Shown here piece after piece: positions 60,438 through 64,000 of a DNA stretch of 64,000 bases (positions are counted from its first letter, which is position 1; each line of letters opens with the position of its first letter). The notes under the pieces were generated by a model. It was not told where the DNA came from. It was given only the letters and a program-made list of their open reading frames with translations, and did no database searches. The stretch covers positions 573,307-637,306 of the forward strand of contig CP179888.1 of the NCBI GenBank assembly GCA_047456305.1. The letters run 5' to 3'. The stretch comes from Candidatus Nealsonbacteria bacterium (GTDB taxonomy: Bacteria; Patescibacteriota; Minisyncoccia; Minisyncoccales; CAZKCU01). Both the position numbers and the translations under genes were made by a program.

Positions 60438-61763
60438 ATGATTTTAGAAGACCTTAAAAACAAAAATTTTTTAGTTTTAGGAATAGGCAGAGAAGGGATA
60501 AACAGTCTTAAATTTTTGAGAAAACTTTTTCCGAAAAAGATTTTAGGGATAGCAGACAGATTAAAGATTAAAGATTTAAGATTAAGGATAAAAGATAAAA
60601 GGACAAGGTTACATTTGGGTAAGAATTACCTTAAGGCGTTAAAAGATTATGATGTTATAATAAAGTCGCCGGGGATTCCGATTCATCTTCCAGAAATCGA
60701 AAAGGCGTTCAAGGAAGGAAAGGTAACTTCCCAAACCGAAATTTTCTTTGAAAATTGTCCTGGAAAAATTATCGGCGTCACCGGTACCAAGGGAAAAGGC
60801 ACCACTGCCTCTTTAATCTACAGAATTTTAAAGGAAGGGGGATTCAAGGTTCATTTAATTGGAAATATTGGGAAACCGGTTTTATCGACGCTCTTTTTTA
60901 AGGTAAAAGCTAATGATATTTTTGTCTATGAACTATCCAGTCATCAACTATACAATCTCAAAAAGAGTCCCCAGGTTGCTGTTTTTTTAAACCTTTTTGC
61001 AGCTCATTTAGATTATTACAAAAATTTTAGAGAATATGTTAATGCCAAGGCAAATATAACCCGCTATCAGACAAATCGAGACTATTTAATTTTTAATTCT
61101 CAAGATAAGCTTGTTAAAGAAATTGCCAAAAGTTCCCGAGCTAAAAAAATTCCTATCCCTACGAATTTGGGGGTTATTAAGAATATACGAACTCCTCTGA
61201 TAGGTAAATTTAACTTAAAAAATGTAATGGCGGCAGTGGTGGTGGGAAAGTTGTTTAATATTCCCAAGAAAAAAATAAGAGAGGCAATAAAATCTTTCAA
61301 ACCTTTGTCTCATCGCTTAGAATTTGTTGGAAAATACAAGGGAATAGAATTTTATAATGATTCTTTAGCAACCGTTCCTCAGGCAGTTGAGGCAGCATTG
61401 GAGGCCTTAGAAAATAATAAAGTAAAAACCCTGATTTTGGGCGGCTGTGACCAGGAAAGTATTGATTTTACTTCTTTGGCAAAAAAGATTTTAGAAAGCA
61501 GAATAAGGACTCTTATTTTTCTCTCGCCCGGCACTGCTGAAATAATCTGGCAGAAAATTTTATCTTTAAAAACAAAAAGGAGAAGTTCGCCTGAAGCATT
61601 TTTTGTCTCCTCAATGAAAGAAGCAGTTAAGATAGCTTATCAAAAAACAAAAAAGGGAGAGATTTGTCTGCTTTCACCGGCCAGCCCGAGTTTTAATCTT
61701 TTCCGAGATTATAAAGAAAGGGGTAATTTATTTAAAAAATACGTAAAAAAGTATGCCCGGTAG
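60438..61763 (+). CDS. murD: UDP-N-acetylmuramoylalanine--D-glutamate ligase
   Basis: LGIGREG, GTKGKGTT P-loop, dcw context. Carries a low-complexity LKIKDLRLRIKDK insert. Confidence 0.9.
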   Translation: MILEDLKNKNFLVLGIGREGINSLKFLRKLFPKKILGIADRLKIKDLRLRIKDKRTRLHLGKNYLKALKDYDVIIKSPGIPIHLPEIEKAFKEGKVTSQTEIFFENCPGKIIGVTGTKGKGTTASLIYRILKEGGFKVHLIGNIGKPVLSTLFFKVKANDIFVYELSSHQLYNLKKSPQVAVFLNLFAAHLDYYKNFREYVNAKANITRYQTNRDYLIFNSQDKLVKEIAKSSRAKKIPIPTNLGVIKNIRTPLIGKFNLKNVMAAVVVGKLFNIPKKKIREAIKSFKPLSHRLEFVGKYKGIEFYNDSLATVPQAVEAALEALENNKVKTLILGGCDQESIDFTSLAKKILESRIRTLIFLSPGTAEIIWQKILSLKTKRRSSPEAFFVSSMKEAVKIAYQKTKKGEICLLSPASPSFNLFRDYKERGNLFKKYVKKYAR

Positions 61764-62874
61764 AAATCCTCATCGTCCTGATTATATTTTAGCTGGAGTT
61801 ATAATGATTTTGTTGATTTTGGGAATTTTAATCCTATCCAGTGTTTCAGCTACCCTTTCTCAGGAAAGATTTGGCACTACTTTTTACTTTCTAAATCACC
61901 AAATCTTTTTCGGATTAATTCCGGGGATAATCTTAGCTTTTCTATTTTTTAAGATTAAATTGGATTTTTTAAAAAAATGGTCTCCGGTCTTACTTTTAAT
62001 AAATTTAGGGCTGGTAGGAATGGTTTTTTTACCTAAGATTGGAACTGGAGCTGGAGGGGCAGTGAGATGGATTTCAGTAGGTCCAATTTCTTTTCAGCCT
62101 TCAGAATTTTTAAAACTTACCTTTATCTTATATTTAGCAAGTTGGTTAACCAGCAAGGCTAAAAAAGCTATACCAAGTAAAAAACAAAAGATATTCAGTG
62201 AAGCCTTAATTGCTTTCTTAATAATAATCGGAGTAATAAGTTTGTTTTTAATTTTTCAGCCAGATATTAGCACCCTGGGAATAATTGTTTTAGTGGCAGC
62301 TTTAATGTATTTCATATCTAATACTCCTTTGTGGCACAGTATCTTAATATTTTTAGTTACTTCAGGAAGTCTATTGGCTCTAATAAGAATTGCTCCTTAT
62401 AGAGCCAACCGTCTTTTAGTTTTTTTAAACCCTTTGCTCGATCCAATGGGAAAAGGTTATCAGATAAAACAGGCTCTGATTACTGTGGGGTCGGGAGGAA
62501 TATCTGGTTTAGGTCTTGGAATGAGTCTCCAAAAATTTGGGTTTTTACCCCAATCAATGTCAGATACAATTTTTGCCATATTTGCTGAAGAAACAGGATT
62601 TATTGGATGTTTAATTTTAATTTTTCTATTTTTAATTTTTTTCTGGCGGGGATTTAAAATTGGAAAATCCACTCAAGATAAATTTTCTCAATTAACCGCC
62701 CTGGGAATTAGCTCCTGGATTGTTCTTCAAGGATTTATTAATATCGGAGCTATGATTGGAATTTTACCTCTAACTGGCGTTCCCTTGCCTTTTATCAGCT
62801 ATGGGGGGTCACATTTAATTGTTGAACTTATTGGAATTGGAATTTTACTTAATATTTCAAAATACAAAGCATGA
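61753..62874 (+). CDS. ftsW: SEDS-family peptidoglycan glycosyltransferase/lipid II flippase FtsW
   Basis: Polytopic; FQPSEFLKL, QPDISTL, PFISYGGS. Confidence 0.85.
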   Translation: MPGRNPHRPDYILAGVIMILLILGILILSSVSATLSQERFGTTFYFLNHQIFFGLIPGIILAFLFFKIKLDFLKKWSPVLLLINLGLVGMVFLPKIGTGAGGAVRWISVGPISFQPSEFLKLTFILYLASWLTSKAKKAIPSKKQKIFSEALIAFLIIIGVISLFLIFQPDISTLGIIVLVAALMYFISNTPLWHSILIFLVTSGSLLALIRIAPYRANRLLVFLNPLLDPMGKGYQIKQALITVGSGGISGLGLGMSLQKFGFLPQSMSDTIFAIFAEETGFIGCLILIFLFLIFFWRGFKIGKSTQDKFSQLTALGISSWIVLQGFINIGAMIGILPLTGVPLPFISYGGSHLIVELIGIGILLNISKYKA

Positions 62875-64000
62875 AGATTTTATTTACCGGTGGAGGCACC
62901 GGAGGCCATATTTTTCCAATAATTGCCATTGTGAGAGAGATAAGAAGAGTTTTTCCTTTAATTGCGAAGCAATTACAGGAAGCGGAGCGACTGGTTCGCA
63001 ACTCAGAAAAACTGGAGTTTTACTATATGGGCCCGAAAGATGAAATTTCCTCGATTTTACTTTCTCAGGAGGAAATTAAGGTTAAAAGAGTTTTAACCGG
63101 AAAAATTCGGCGGTATTTCGGATTTCTTGCCATCTTGCAAAACTTTATAGATGTTTTATTTAAAATCCCAATAGGTATAATTCAAGCTCTCCTTTATATT
63201 TTCTTTTTGGCTCCTGACCTTATTTTTAGCAAAGGAGGATATGGTTCAATTCCAGCCGTAATCTCTGGCCGGCTTTTGGCAGTCCCGATTTTTTTACATG
63301 AATCAGATATTGCTCCAGGTCTTGCTAATAGATTTTTAAGTCGATTTTCTTTGGAAATTTTTGTTTCCTTTCCAGTTCGAAAAACTGAATTTTTTTCACC
63401 AAAAAAAATGATTTCAGTTGGCAACCCAATTAGGAGAGAAGTATTGGAGGGTTCAAAAGAAGAAGCTAAAGGAACATTTAAATTGACAGGAGAAAAACCG
63501 ATAATTTTAATTTTAGGTGGTTCTCAGGGAGCCCAAAGAATTAATGATATGTTGCTTCAGGTTTTACCTCAAATTTTGCTAAATTTTGAAATAATTCATC
63601 AAACAGGTCTAAAAAATTTTAAAGAGGTAAAAGCCGAAGCGGGAATTGTAATAACCAGAGAATTAAAAAAGTATTATCATCCTTTTCCATTTTTAGAGGA
63701 AACAAATCTCAGCCAGGCCTACCAGGCTGCAGATTTAGTTGTAGCAAGAGCGGGATCGGGAACTATTTTTGAGATTTCAGCTCTAGGAATACCAAGTATT
63801 TTAATTCCCTTACCTGAATCTGCCCAAAACCATCAAGTAAAAAATGCCTATTTATATGCTGAAGCGGGAGCTGCTTTAGTACTTGAGGAGGAAAATTTAA
63901 CTCCCCATTTTTTCTTTGAAAGACTAAAATATTTATTTTCTCATCCAGAAGAGCTGGAAAAAATGAGAAGAGAAGCCAAAGAATTTTCCAAACCCCGAGC
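62871..64000 (+). CDS. murG: UDP-GlcNAc:lipid I N-acetylglucosaminyltransferase MurG (3' end outside window)
   Basis: Own translation: MKILFTGGGTGGHIFP..., GGSQGAQ, ARAGSGTIFE. ATGA overlap with ftsW; open to the window end. Confidence 0.85.
   Translation, partial: MKILFTGGGTGGHIFPIIAIVREIRRVFPLIAKQLQEAERLVRNSEKLEFYYMGPKDEISSILLSQEEIKVKRVLTGKIRRYFGFLAILQNFIDVLFKIPIGIIQALLYIFFLAPDLIFSKGGYGSIPAVISGRLLAVPIFLHESDIAPGLANRFLSRFSLEIFVSFPVRKTEFFSPKKMISVGNPIRREVLEGSKEEAKGTFKLTGEKPIILILGGSQGAQRINDMLLQVLPQILLNFEIIHQTGLKNFKEVKAEAGIVITRELKKYYHPFPFLEETNLSQAYQAADLVVARAGSGTIFEISALGIPSILIPLPESAQNHQVKNAYLYAEAGAALVLEEENLTPHFFFERLKYLFSHPEELEKMRREAKEFSKPR

Noticed and set aside
60138-60463. ORF-track frames 60138-60350(-), 60160-60345(+), 60275-60463(-)
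   Set aside because: No SD or promoter context and implausible composition. They coincide with the hairpin-rich region better explained as structured RNA.

Overview
AT-rich bacterial window with short genes and tiny intergenic gaps. The reduced enzymes suggest a small-genome, Patescibacteria/CPR-like organism, but that lineage call is inference. The backbone is a split dcw (cell wall/division) cluster. mraZ-rsmH-ftsL-ftsI and a degenerate MurF-like gene sit at 4.1-8.4 kb. murC, a DD-carboxypeptidase, mraY, murI, murD, ftsW and murG sit at 53.3-64 kb. Housekeeping genes lie between them: P-type ATPase, rmuC, rplU, recR, dnaB, cysS, dnaX, xseAB, efp, fmt, aspS, tRNA-Glu and tRNA-Gln. I found no rRNA, CRISPR array, integrase or transposase. 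Directly 3' of tRNA-Gln (21.7 kb) begins an accessory region. (1) The top candidate for an undescribed system is a tight operon at 21.9-30.2 kb. It has an excisionase-type HTH, a 1191-aa Upf1-like helicase fused to a DUF559/Vsr-type endonuclease, two Cas4-type Fe-S nucleases (one fused to an RNase-H-like exonuclease), a Pif1-type helicase and a FAN1-like VRR-NUC. (2) A cassette-like array of nucleotide-handling genes spans 30.4-36.7 kb (methyltransferase, GIY-YIG-like, CYTH, Nudix, LOG/SLOG-like, SDR, HD). Two conserved junction-repeat families separate these genes; one is a hairpin plus TGnTAGAAT box 6-7 nt before ATG, implying leaderless mRNAs. (3) An RHH/RelE toxin-antitoxin pair is followed at 43.7-46.2 kb by three paralogous promoter-leader cassettes encoding small membrane proteins. 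Across the window, GC-rich palindromic repeat elements sit in-frame inside essential genes (rsmH, thpR, murC, murI, murG, sortase, ATPase) or at gene boundaries. A structured-RNA candidate lies between murI and murD. All functional calls rest on motifs read from the translations; no database search was possible.
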